Shown here in pieces: positions 24,987 through 36,550 of a stretch of 64,000 nt of DNA. Origin of the DNA: Iphione sp. A-MEVVRFRX5 (Eukaryota); assembly GCA_976226885.1 (NCBI GenBank), contig OZ320320.1:48050001-48114000 (forward strand), read 5' to 3'. Every line of letters begins with the position of its first letter. Positions within the stretch are counted from its first letter, which is position 1. A model generated the notes under the pieces. It made no database searches, was not told the origin of the DNA, and worked only from the letters and a program-made list of their open reading frames with translations. Made by a program: the position numbers and the translations under genes.

Positions 24987-25584
24987 CAGAGGATATCCAA
25001 AAACCGAACACTCCAAAGCAGAATTTTTTGAAATCCGAACACTTTGAGCTGCAACAAATCATTTTTCAGTATTTAGCTACTCATATAACCAAAATATTCA
25101 AATTCTGAATGTGAATGCTCTCAAAAGACATTAAAATAGAACTCAAAACCAAATGCTCATTGAAAAATTCCCCAAGTTTCACATTCTGTCCTGGTGTCAC
25201 CTTGTGTTGGCTGCTCTCCTCCAAGTTCTTTATAAATCAAAGGGATAGCTATTCATTAAAGGTTTCATGCCTCCTCCAGGTGTTGGCTGCCGTTGACCGC
25301 TCTCCCACTAGTTTGTTGTGCTTTTTGGCTGAGTTTCAATGAAATAAGCCATTATTCGGCCCAGTTTCCATGTAATTTGCTGTTTTTCAGCTAAATTTCT
25401 TGCACTAAACCATTTTTCGGCTGACTCTCAATGAAATAAGCTCTTTTTTGGTGTTGTTTTTGCTATTTTTCGTATTTTCCAGTCATTTTCCCACTTCCTT
25501 AGGCCACTATTCAAAATCCAAAATATCCGAAATCCAAACGATTTTCACTGAAATGGCGATAGTTTGGTTTTTGAATATCCTCTG
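24987..25584 (+). mobile_element. TA-target MITE (TIR CAGAGGATAT.CAAAAACC.AAC), same family as 62516-63024
   Basis: Matching inverted termini; interior homologous, in reverse orientation, to the 62.5-63.0 kb copy. Confidence 0.75.
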
Positions 25585-25599
25585 TACATTAAAAACATA

Positions 25600-26496
25600 C
25601 AGGCGACTCCTACAGGCGATATCTAAGGGACTGAGCTTAAGTGGTCGCATTAGGCGAATGGTCGCCCAAGGCATTGGGTCCCTCTCTCTGTCCTTCTCTC
25701 TGTCCCTCTCTCTGTCTCCCTCTCTCTCTCAATGTCCCTCTCTCTGTCTCCCTCTCTCTCTCTATGTCCCTCTCACTGTCTCCTTCTCTATGGGGAATAT
25801 TATGGGGGAAAGAAGTCTAAATGACTTGAGATTCAGCCGTCAGACCCTCAAATTGGAGGGAAACAGGCTGGTGGTTGCCCCGGTTACCCTCAAAGAAGCA
25901 CGACAGAAGTCCCTCTAGGGTTGTTTTCGTAGTGTTTCTTGGGCACTGTGGCCGGTGGTCACCCCAGTTACCCTCAAAGAAGTGCATCAGGAGTCCCTCT
26001 AGGGTTGTTTTTGTAGTGTTTCTTGGGTACCGGGGCCGGTGGTCATGTCAGTTACCCTCAAACAACCACGACAGGAGTTCCTCAAGGGTCATTTTCATAG
26101 TCCTTCTGGGATATGTGGGCCGGTGGTTGCCCCAGTTACCCTCATACAACTGCAACAGGAGTTCCTCAAGGGTCATTTTCATAGTGCTTCTGGGATATGT
26201 GGGCCGGTGGTCACCCCAGTTACCCTCAAACAACCGCAACAGGAGTTCCTCAAGGGTCGTTTTTGGAGTGATTTCTTTGGTATGTGGGTGACTGGTTGTC
26301 TTAGACACCTTAAAATCATGGTTTTTGTTCTTAAAATGGTGGTCTTAATGGCTGAATGGTCGCCCTAGCCATTGGTCGCCATGGGCGAAGTCTCTCACAT
26401 AGACAATGTACTGAAATTTGGTTCGTTCTTAGTAAAACTGGTCGCACTGGCCGACTGGTCGCCCTAGGCAACTGGTCGCAGGGTGAGAGTCTCCTG
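25600..26496. mobile_element. TA-flanked pogo/Tigger-type MITE (TIR CAGG.GACTC) with an internal 84-bp tandem array
   Basis: TA-CAGGCGACTC...GAGTCTCCTG-TA; repeated subterminal tggtcgc motifs. Confidence 0.75.
25870..26285. repeat. 84-bp tandem repeat, about 5 units
   Basis: Unit starts ggtggt at 25870, 25954, 26038, 26122 and 26206. Confidence 0.9.
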
Positions 26497-28747
26497 TACC
26501 TTCATGTATGATGCCTCAAGGCATTACTCACCTTATATATGGGAATGGCTTCAGGCAGCATCAGGGTTTTGCCTGAGAACACCTTCAGGCATCAGTCACC
26601 CTTATAGGGATAAAGACAATATGAAGGCCTGACATGGGCTGGTTTCATCACTACATGCCTTATACATGGGGTACACAGACTGACTGACACTTCTCCAAAA
26701 GAGTATTTATTCCTTTCTGCATTTGAGCCAGCACAGTGACAATATATATCATATGAGCCAGTAGAAGAGCCATTATATAAGTCATCTCTCTAAAATAAGC
26801 TAAAAAATCACTTGTAATTTATGCAAATAATTCACATTGCTTTACTAAATTTGAAGATTTAAAGTCTATTTTGTGTTAGCCTTGTGTATTTCCCTCCTCC
26901 TCTGTCTCAAGATTACCTAAACTGTGCATTTCCTTAGACTTGTTTTCATGACTGTGATGGTGTGTATTTTGGGAACTATGGATCATACGATGACTGTATC
27001 CTTCTACATGTAGTGTGTATTATGTACAATGGATGTAGCATGTTTTCATATGTATACTTGCAGACATGTTTTTAGATTGGAAAGGTTTTCATTTTTCATG
27101 TGTATGCATACATATTTTGCACAGTAGATTGGAAAAGTAAGATTAAAATGACCTTGCTAGCTATGTTTTATGCGACAAATAATATATTTTCTCACATTTC
27201 CTCACTTTTTCTAAAAACTGTTAAATAATTTTGCAATTTGTATGGATTTCACTATTTTTTAATGAAAACTTCATGAGTTTTGTCAATTGCGGCCACATTA
27301 ACATGACTTTTGCTTTTTCTGACTTAGTTTCGATGAAATTCACCATTTTTCTTCCATTTTTTGACCAATTTGCAGAAGTTTTACATTCTGGGGGGTTGAA
27401 TTTGTATGAATTTTGTTGTTTTTCCACTGTATTTATCCAACAAAAGTGCCATGAAAAGACGCATCTAAGGAAATTCAGCCTTGGCAACTCTTGGAGGAAA
27501 ATTTTTTACGTAGGTTAACGTTTTTCTACATAGGGGTGGGTCACCAGAAACACACCTTTTTTTGCCTTAACCTTATCTATCATTTCCCTCCATTCTCTTT
27601 GATACTGAGGGTGCTACAGAAACTATGCAGTGTACTGACGAATGTGATCATAGTAGTCCCAAGATGGCAAGTACAGAAATGGTATGGTTGCTTTTGCCAG
27701 GCCCATCCACAAGACATGATCCAGTTCCGACCTAAACCAGACAATCTTCTGAATGTGTGTATAAGAAGGAGGATGCAAGGAACATCAGCAAAACACTACT
27801 CTTGGCAGCATACTTCTCAAGTGGCAGATTGACAAGAAATCCATTGAGACACTACAAGGTGTATTCCTAGAGAAGATCAACCAGACTACAATATGCTTCA
27901 AACTAAGATTGTTGACACACCTATTGCATAGAGAGGAACACTGACCCAATGAATCCAGAACTTGAGCAAGCATAGATGTTTCTTCATCAGTTGTTTAAAT
28001 CAGGACTTAGATATAGTGCCCTTAGTACAGCTGGAAGGTTCCTTTCTGCCATTCTTAAGAAGTAAGAAATTCCTATTTGGTAAGCACTAGTGAACCAATA
28101 GGGTTATGTATGAGTACTAAGGACATGTCTGGATGTAAATACTCACTCTATGTCATTTCCAGCTGAAATAAACATTATTTTCTATTTACTGGGCTGGAAT
28201 TTGGGTGTGACAACCCCAGATTCTGACCACTTAGTCATATAACATATATGCACAACATGGTGAGCACACAAAAAATGGCAGTAGACCAAACTGGCATCTG
28301 CCAAAAGCAACAAAATTGTTGATCACCTTGAAAGACAAATGATGTCTGAGGAGCCGTAGTTGGCGAAACCTTGAAAGCCACTCCCCACCCAGGTCCTACA
28401 ACATTCAAATTGTCAATAGGACTCTACTATATAATGGAAAACACATCCAATATTGGCATTTCAGCAAATATAGTTGATTACCAAGGGGAGCTACCATGGT
28501 TTGCTAAGCAACAGAGTGGACATGTGACTCACCATGGATAGGCAGTTATGCATGGAACATTTCAGTTCCAGCTTCAAGGTAGCATCCAACAGAAGTGGCA
28601 GAAGCCACGTCATCGTAGTTATATAAACATTATACAAAAAATTGGCTGGTATGTTCAATCTCTGTCCTCCTCAAGCCCAGTTAGACAAGCATTCGATGCA
28701 GCTAGTGCTGCAAATGGAGGTCATATGTGCTGCCAGGGCGGCTGTGG

Positions 28748-28886
28748 CCCAGCCAGCACAGAATCGTTGTAAAAACGTTGTGAAAACATTGTAAAAAACG
28801 TTCTCAAAATGTTGTAAATGAAAGTTTGCATAATGTTTTCCTGACCAAATTTAAAAACATTCTAAAAATGCTGTGTGTTGGCTGGG
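28748..28886. mobile_element. Short CACTA/EnSpm-type MITE
   Basis: CCCAGCCAGCACA...TGTGTTGGCTGGG termini, GG on both flanks (2-bp TSD), internal aacgtt/aacatt subrepeats. Confidence 0.7.
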
Positions 28887-28990
28887 GGGGTCCTTAGAGG
28901 TTGGGGAAGTACTGCTAGTGAGTGGGCCGGCTGTGTGTGTGTGGGGGGGGGGGGCTGTCAGAGGAGGGGGAAGGACCAGTCACGATGACC

Positions 28991-29092
28991 CACCTTCCCT
29001 CCCGCTCAGCCAGGACCTGTCAATCAAGTGAAGGTCCTGACTAATGTGAGGTCCCACCTTCCCTTCCGCTCAGCCAGGACCTGTCAATCAAC
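28991..29092. repeat. Direct duplication with about 63-bp period (ccaccttccc..ccgctcagccaggacctgtcaatcaa)
   Basis: Two near-identical copies of a ~38-bp core. Confidence 0.8.
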
Positions 29093-29381
29093 TAGGGCTG
29101 ATGTCAGCTTTCAACCCAATGCAAACTCCTCCCCTCACCAGTTCTACCATTGGAGCTCCCATAGAGATATCTCCACATGTCGTGGGAAGACTTTATCTCC
29201 TCAGTGATCTAAGGGGGTGCAAGCCGGCTCAGACTTCAAAGAATAGGCCCCTCCCACCATGACTCATTTTACTCGCCTCATATAATGGAGGTCATATTAT
29301 CCTCCAACAAATACCGACCATAGAGGATATGACATCCATTGAATATAACTAGAATGTAGAACTGGTTCTTAACTCAATGGC

Positions 29382-29474
29382 GCCGGAATATATCCCTAGG
29401 GATACACCATGTATGCCAGGTTGTATCCTTCAGGATATATCTATTAGGTGCCGGGGTGTATCCCTGAGGATACA
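29382..29474. repeat. Three tandem ~33-35-bp units, each containing an imperfect palindrome TATCC-N4-GGATA
   Basis: tatatccctagggataca, tgtatccttcaggatata and tgtatccctgaggataca. Confidence 0.8.
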
Positions 29475-30629
29475 TAGCACATTGTCTTTTTATATGAGTA
29501 ATTATTTGACAAATTCTACTAATATTCCTAGATTTGGGAGGAAAAGCGTTAAGAATGTATGAAAATAAATATCTATTTATTATTAATAATAATTTAACCC
29601 TTTATATAGTAATTTTCTATCATAAATTTACTTGAAGATGTATCTATACTCACAACCCCCCTGGCGCCAAAAGAGGCAAATCTCAAACTACAGTGTCAGT
29701 GTCCACCTTCCTCGACAGGAGACAGATACCATAGGGTTAATCATCTCAGGTCAAGGGTTCCCATTGATTCCCTTTTGCTGAAGGAGTTAACACTTAAGAT
29801 AGTCATGCTGGATTTGTTAGCTTCTTGTGGTAGATTGCAAACTGTCTGTAGCATTGATTTAGCTAATGTGAAGTAGGAGCTAATCAATTGTAGATTAATT
29901 TCTTATCACTACTGATACAAAAGAGGGCAGGGAAACAGCCTAGTTGCATTGCCCTTGGTCCCTTCTCTCAGGAACCCTCCTTATGTGTTGGGACCCATGT
30001 TAGGAAGCATATATGTCCCATATTAGTGGTGTTCATGGTGGACCAAGCAGGACTCTTTGTTAGTTATTTTCCTCCCTCCCATTTGGTAACAACATTGACA
30101 CTAGCCTGGTGGGTCAAGGAGGTACTCTTTAGATCAGAGATTGATACAAGCACTTTTATGGCTCATAGCACCTGGGCTGCCTCAGCATCCAAGTTATTTG
30201 TGGCCAGCCTACCTATACAAGAGATCCTCAAGCGGGGAATATGAGCTGACAAAAATACATGTTGTCAGTTTTATCTGAAGTATATCATCTACAGCAGGTA
30301 TGCCTTTTGTACTTCTGGGAATTATCTGTCCTTGACTCCTTAGGGAATGCCGGCAGGTCCTAAATATCTGAACTTGTTCTCTCCTCATGGAGAGATGAGT
30401 GAGCTAGAGTTGTTCAGTTATCCTAGCTTTAGCACAGGGTGACTTAGACTCTAGCTGGCCTAAGTCTCACAGGAGAGAACATGTTTCCACCCAAAAGCTA
30501 TGCAACTGAACAATTCTTGGCTCCGCTTCATCATAGGGCTGCAAAATTACCCACAACTCCTAGCTGACACCCATATTTGAAACATTTCACCTGTTCATCT
30601 ACGTGCCTACCTTGGCGTGTACACAAACA

Positions 30630-30631
<2 letters not shown>

Positions 30632-30697
<66 letters not shown>
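30632..30697. repeat. (GA)n microsatellite
   Basis: Long ga run; further GA or GACA runs at about 30960-31030 and 31520-31580. Confidence 0.95.
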
Positions 30698-30700
<3 letters not shown>

Positions 30701-30979
30701 AGCGTTGGTCCCTAATGTCAGCTTCAATGTATTAGAATCAGCACGTCAGTATATATGTCACAAAATACTCTATGTGTAAGGGGTTATGTTCCATGTCTAT
30801 GTCAGTATTAATACATCCGTTGGTCCATACGTCTGTACATCAGTCAGAACAAATAAATGTTGTTTCGTGTGAAAAACCGATGCTGACTCACACAATGAAC
30901 ATTCCCCATGTTCTACAAAGGACAATAGAACAGAAAGGAGGAGAGAGATCAACGGATGACAGAGAGAGAGGGAGAGAGA

Positions 30980-31033
<54 letters not shown>

Positions 31034-31521
31034 CAGATACGTTGGGTCTACAATATGGTTCTGGGCTGATCAGGGTTTAAAAAGACTAAAACTTGGAAAC
31101 CCTGATATCAACTGCTCATAACTCATAGAGATGAGTACTAGCAATATTTTGTGCGTGAAAAGTAGGGAGAATTGTATGTGATGATGGTTTTTATAGGACA
31201 TTTAGACCACGTGAAAATCTTTTGTTTTAAACATAAGGAAATTCAATGGAACCCCTTAATATTTGAAAGAGACTTATCCACATTTCTGCAGTAAGTACAG
31301 CTGCAGTATATCTAGGTAACTATGAATCACAACGTAGTAGCATGTAATGCAGCCTCTATACTTAAAACTTGATTTTTAGTTAAGTTGGTTACCCTACATT
31401 TAATTTGCCATATTTATTTAATGTTAATATTAGTGAAACTGCTCAGGAGAGACATGATAAGCCAAGCTGAGACAGAATGAGGAGGGAGAGAAGCGGAGAG
31501 GGGAGTTGGGTGAGAGCAAGG

Positions 31522-31577
<56 letters not shown>

Positions 31578-32430
31578 GACAAAGGGGCCAATAAAGAGTC
31601 CGAAATACTAACAAGATCTGGTCTAAGATAACCTTGTCTGAAATCAATGCAGTCTGGAATCATCAACTATCATTGCAATAGACCATCTGTACATATCCTA
31701 AGAGTGTCGTTGCATTAAGATAAGTCAGTGGCGAAGTATTTTCAGATTGTGACAGCAACCACAATCAACAAGTTATCATAAGAGAGAGAGCATAACTGGT
31801 ACAGTGAAACGTCGACACTCACCATACTGAGCAACACGGGTCACAAAAACCCATCAACCCCAAATCTGATCATATTTAAACTCCATCTGTCATTCTGTTG
31901 TCTCATTTCTACTGTTATTTGAACAATTTCATATTGTCTCAGGGTGTAACACAGTTCTGAACATGATGATGAAGATGTTGGCAAGCTCTCTGATCTTTAA
32001 CAGGGCAATTAGGGTGTTATGACATTGTATAATATAGACCGCATTATAAAGATAACCCTAAAGGGCTAGCGGTATTAATATAACGACATACCATGTACAG
32101 TGTATAGATAGAAGAATTGTAAGCAAGCCTACTGTGAAGTAACGTATACCGGATGAAAAATTTGTTTGTGCCCTGTCGTAATTCGCAGTTCTTTCTATCA
32201 GTGTAACAAGAGCTAAAACAGTGTATTTTCTACTTTGTTTGCATGGTGTGTTTGGTGAGACATGATGCCTTATCAGTGATACTCTAATGCGACCCTGGAC
32301 ACCGGACGCTATAGTGACATCATGGTACTAAAAGACTTTATGACTCATTGTGTTTGTGACAAGTAAAGAACAACCGTATCCAGTCGTTTGCTATATAAGG
32401 TTAGCGGTCCGACACTGTAGTTGGACTCAC

Positions 32431-33470
32431 CTTCGGTTGCTGTTGAAGATGCTGACTTGCTGTAATGTCTTGATGCTGAGAAGAATAAAAGGCAGAATCT
32501 AACCTGACTTGTGGTGTTGGCTTTGTGCTACAGAGGGAGGCAGCTAGCTGAGCAGGTCTAGTTTAGCGGCTGACCCCTGCCATTTTGTTTTTTTTTCACA
32601 TGTGCAGTACTATTTTACCATGACATTGACAATGACAACTGACATTCAATTTCATTTTAAATCTATTTAATGGAATAGTTCTAACCCTATCCCTAACCCT
32701 TTTTTATTTTATGAAGCCAACACTAACCCTAATTTCAAATTTATTTCCCGAAATTTTGGGGGCTTGGCCCCCAAACCCCCTTGATTATGTCACGGCAGCC
32801 ATCTTGAATTCGGGGGTAGGCTGCTAAACCAGACAAGAGTGTGGACCTATGAGGTCTATTGTCCCCCGCCATCAACTGCCTAGAGAGAGAAAGGAAGAGA
32901 GAGGAAGGGAGAGAGAGAGAGACAGTGTGTGTGTGTGTGTGTGTGTGTGGTGTCTCTCTCTCTTTACAACCATCTTGATTGGCACCGTGTTTTGGGGTTG
33001 GTTGGCTAGACTCGTTTAAGTCCTTCAGGTTTACAACTCTCGGTTTTGCATGACAAAGCCCACCATGATGCTAATCCCTTCAAAGCATTGGCCTCTATGA
33101 TCATACAATTAAGCTCAAGTAGGCGGTGGATTTTTCTGGCGGTCAGTATCTATATACCAGGCGAAGAGAAGCTGACAACAAAATGAATATAAGGCTTGCC
33201 AATACGTTGAGCGATAATACGTGTATTATGATACACCACAGTGACATAATGAACTATCAGGACATAAATTCTCATCGGTGGCGACGTGTAGTTGACTTCT
33301 GTATCATTTGTTAAAATGAGCCTAGAAAGTGGACATTTAGCGCCTACACTGTCTACTCTAGATAGGACAACGTCCCACTACTTACGCTGTTATCCTTGAC
33401 AGCTGTCACTGGAACCGGAAATATACAGCAACCCAAGATGGCGGACATTCAACAACACACTGGTAAGAGT
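32431..33470. promoter_or_regulatory. Candidate divergent promoter with outward-facing first exons
   Basis: - strand: AAAATGGC at about 32585, exon ending GAAG|GTGAGT at 32431. + strand: ACCGGAAAT (ETS-like), CAAGATGGCGG (YY1-like) and donor CTG|GTAAGA at 33462. A further GCCATCTT lies near 32800. Confidence 0.5.
32833..33065 (+). mobile_element. Helentron-associated (HINE-like) non-autonomous element, 5' fragment
   Basis: Strong similarity to 51209-51440, including the internal (GA)n(GT)n microsatellite. Confidence 0.55.
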
Positions 33471-34659
33471 ACTGCGATTTTTTTGTGTTTTTGTTCATTT
33501 AAAATGAATAGATGGTTTATCACTTTTTGCATAGGTGACACCAGATCAAATGTGCGCGATTAATGTAACTATTTAGGAGGACTTGTCCTTCCGGCCGAAG
33601 GGAAGTAAAGAGAACTTGGTTAGCTCCTGACAAGTCCACTTCTGAGAGCTTTTTTAGGGTGACAGTGTCAGGTGCCCGAGAATTTAGGTGCCAGTCATTA
33701 GGTGCCATGGAATTTTGGTGTTGATTGTTAGGTGCTACCAGTGTATAGGATGGAAGGGGACCCCTAAAGTTCAACCTACCTAAGACTGTTTTAAAGGATT
33801 GTCTGAATACATCCACTACCACAGAGGTGTTAGCATGACCTCTCACCCACCCTAACCAGCCCTTCCCCCTGGGCAGTACAAGGTCTGCCCTGGAGTTCCC
33901 ACAGTCAAAATAGGGCACCTAACGAATGGCAACAACAGTGTGTGGCCCCTGCTGACGCATCCCCATTTTGGCTCGTCGACTTTAATTAAACAGGAATATA
34001 GTTGATTTTACCCATGGCCAAAGTCAATTTCATCCACCTTGAATTTGATCTAAAAACTCTCCTCAACTGTCCTGTCGTTCCATGTTAAGTATGAATTTTA
34101 GATATTAATACTGTTGTGTGGACATCCACTACAAAGAGTCTAACTCCAGATTTCAGTTTAAGAGAAGTTCATTGAACAAGATCCTAGCAGCAACTGAACT
34201 GTTCCCCACACCTCATGCTTGTATAATGAATTGGTGTTTCGGCAATCACACAGATACATGTGCCCGCACAACCACCCCACATGCCACACTTACCCACACA
34301 TTATCCCTCATACTCAGTCTGCCGCACACTGGCCCTGCACTCACACAACAATACTAATAGCCTATTATTTGCAAAAATCAGGATCACCATAGTGACAGAG
34401 GGCAAAAAGATAAAAGATAGGGGTCAGTTGACTGACAGTGACAGTAAAGTTTGCTCCCACTTTCATCTTTAGCCGATCTCATGCACCACAGCAATGTTAT
34501 TCACACCTGTTTCAGCATAAACTTTTGTTATTTCTTGCGTACAAGCAATTGTTATCGTCATAGTAAGTATGAAAATAAATCAGAAAAGGGCGTTATTTTG
34601 ACGTTAACAGTTGACTCAGAACGTAAGTAAGACACACTAGGCTCATTACATGTAGTGCT

Positions 34660-35330
34660 TGGTGAGATTGGCTTTAGGATGGTCGAAATCGACACATTCT
34701 CATTATGTTGCCAATTTGCGTAGAAATCTACATATATAGTGAGCCCACTGAACCGGACCAGTTGTGTTTCTTGTTAAATCTCAAGGTGTAAAAGGCCATG
34801 TTCCCCTTTGAAATGTGTACAGTTAGGTGGAAAATCATGTTATTCTGGGTTTGGGTATGGATTAAGCAGGGCTTACAGCATGGATGAGGCACGGCTAACT
34901 GTATTTGGGAAAAGCCTGAGCGCAGGCTGACCATTGCTTGTTGGTAACTTCCCTGTCTAGTATTTAACTTCGATATCTTTGTTAGTAACATTTAGTAATG
35001 AGAGATGGTGTGAGAGAGAAGTCATGTTGTCTTGTTGCAAGCTTCACAACCATCTGGGTATTATATTTATACAAGACAGGCGTAGGAGATTTATACTAAA
35101 CCTAGTCCATAACATGCATTTGCTCAGGCTGTTGAATATTCAAAATACTCAAGCAACAAGGCAACATGATGCAGCACTGTTGAAGTTGTCCAAATCAAGG
35201 ACTGAATTGGTCAAAAAGTCAATCTATTATTATAGCATAACAATTTGGAATGACCTTGATTCATGTCATAGAATCATAGACAACATGGAAACCTTCAAAA
35301 CACTATGTAAATTGATTATTTAACACTATA
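34660..35330 (+). mobile_element. 3' fragment of a CR1/L2-group LINE
   Basis: ...TR...LKLSKSRTELVKKSIYYYSITIWNDL..IIDNMETFK, typical of an ORF2 C-terminus. Confidence 0.65.
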
Positions 35331-36447
35331 ATAACTAATTCTGTCTGACCCTGCTCAGTATCATCTGTAGTACCTTCATTCAAATTATCTTACCTGTCTT
35401 CTTGCTTTGCTGTGGCGCATTGCATAGCCTATCTACCAAAATTTATCCACAGAATGTACACACATACTTTGAAAAACACCTGATCAAGGCGAAATGTTCG
35501 ATAACTTAATACATTCCTAACACTGCTGTGATACATATGACAAAATGACACAAAAGCATGTGGAATTATTGGTCCATATATCTAGTTGATAAAAGAACTG
35601 ATATTCTTCAGTCGCCGTCCTAAACTATGGGCACGCTGAAGTATTAGCTGCTTTTATGTGTCTTAGGATTACTGCTGTCCTATCATCTGACCGTTTGACC
35701 TCCGTCATAATCTTGTGGGTAACATGACCTTGTGTGTTGCAATATTCCTCTTTGCGGATAGTGAAGAGATTGTATTGTAGTTCATGGAATTTATCAGTAA
35801 AGGTCAGGGCAACGTCTATTGTTTTTTGTCAGTCCTGACCTTCACTTATACAGGTCTGCAGATGTGGCATTTGGTCAGGAACTGTGGGGTTCTTTGATGT
35901 GAGACTGAGAGCCGGAGAGCTGTATACTAGTGTGAGAGCATAGCAGGCAATCTGGAAATATGAGGCGATAGAAGAGGGACGAAGGGGTAGTGCCGTAGAA
36001 GAAGTTGGAGGGGGGGGGGGATATTACCGGACGATCGACAACTCTGTAGAGGAAGGACTGGGGTGGAAATGTGCATCTGTGGAAGTAAATAGCGTAGTCC
36101 AGTCTCCCATGTCTGCTGCTTTGTGCGCCTTTGTGTGAAAATTTGTATTGTAGCATCAAACTGAACTCAAACATGCTTGTCTTTTTTCGTTTCCTCTCTC
36201 CCTGCCTGTCTGTCTGTCTCTGTCTGACTGACCTGCTCTGTGCGCTCACCTTAGGGCTGCATCATGTCGCTTGTCTTTCGACTATTTAGTTTCATTCTCT
36301 TTGATAGGCAGGGAACTGGCGATTGATTGTAATTATAAAGTACAGTCCCATGGTTTACTGGTCACCACTTCACTATTCGTCACACTTTTCTGTTGTTTTT
36401 CCTCTTGGTACTATAGTTTGAGGCCAGGCCAGAGAAATCTGTCAGTG

Positions 36448-36550
36448 ATGGGGGCGGAGCAGAGTGCCACGGGCCCCCAGCAGCTCCGCTCTCAGCGGGA
36501 TGAGGACATCCCTTATACCTCGTACTCCATCAGCAAGCCCATCGATGGAG
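36448..36550 (+). CDS. BORCS5: BORCS5 coding exon 1 (MGAEQS...[17 protein letters not shown])
   Basis: MG-x-x-x-S myristoylation-type start; donor GAG|gtaggt, phase 1. Confidence 0.9.

Larger units (their letters stand above)
24639..27566. mobile_element. Kolobok-like non-autonomous DNA transposon inserted at TTAA
   Basis: TIR GGC(C)AAAAA..AGGTGTGTTTCTGGT and ACCAGAAACACACCTTTTTTTGCC; TTAA on the right and degenerate (C)TTA on the left; removal restores DIRS DWRQLNLIYHFPPF. Confidence 0.75.
19330..30530 (+). mobile_element. Old DIRS1-type tyrosine-recombinase retrotransposon, fragmented by three nested insertions
   Basis: gag 19.33-19.96 kb (DALNVLG..NEL..RR, WLFGDNL). RT 20.2-20.9 kb (ILDL..LNKF..HFKMD, DLSSAYH, YIDD). 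RNase H 21.05-21.38 kb (FIDAC, HINALDL, SDNTTAV). RH end and MT domain 24446-24638 and 27567-27.8 kb (DIDLFA, YHFPPF, VVPRW). YR 27.88-28.13 kb and 29.74-30.3 kb (LTLKIVML, AHST.AAS). Confidence 0.9.

Noticed and set aside
29382-29474. CRISPR-like array of palindromic repeats with short linkers
   Set aside because: Eukaryotic context, only 3 degenerate units, 15-17-nt linkers that share sequence, and no cas genes. The 84-bp array has no unique spacers either.
32690-32735. Interstitial telomere (ctaaccct repeats)
   Set aside because: Only three scattered, imperfect units; common inside repeats.
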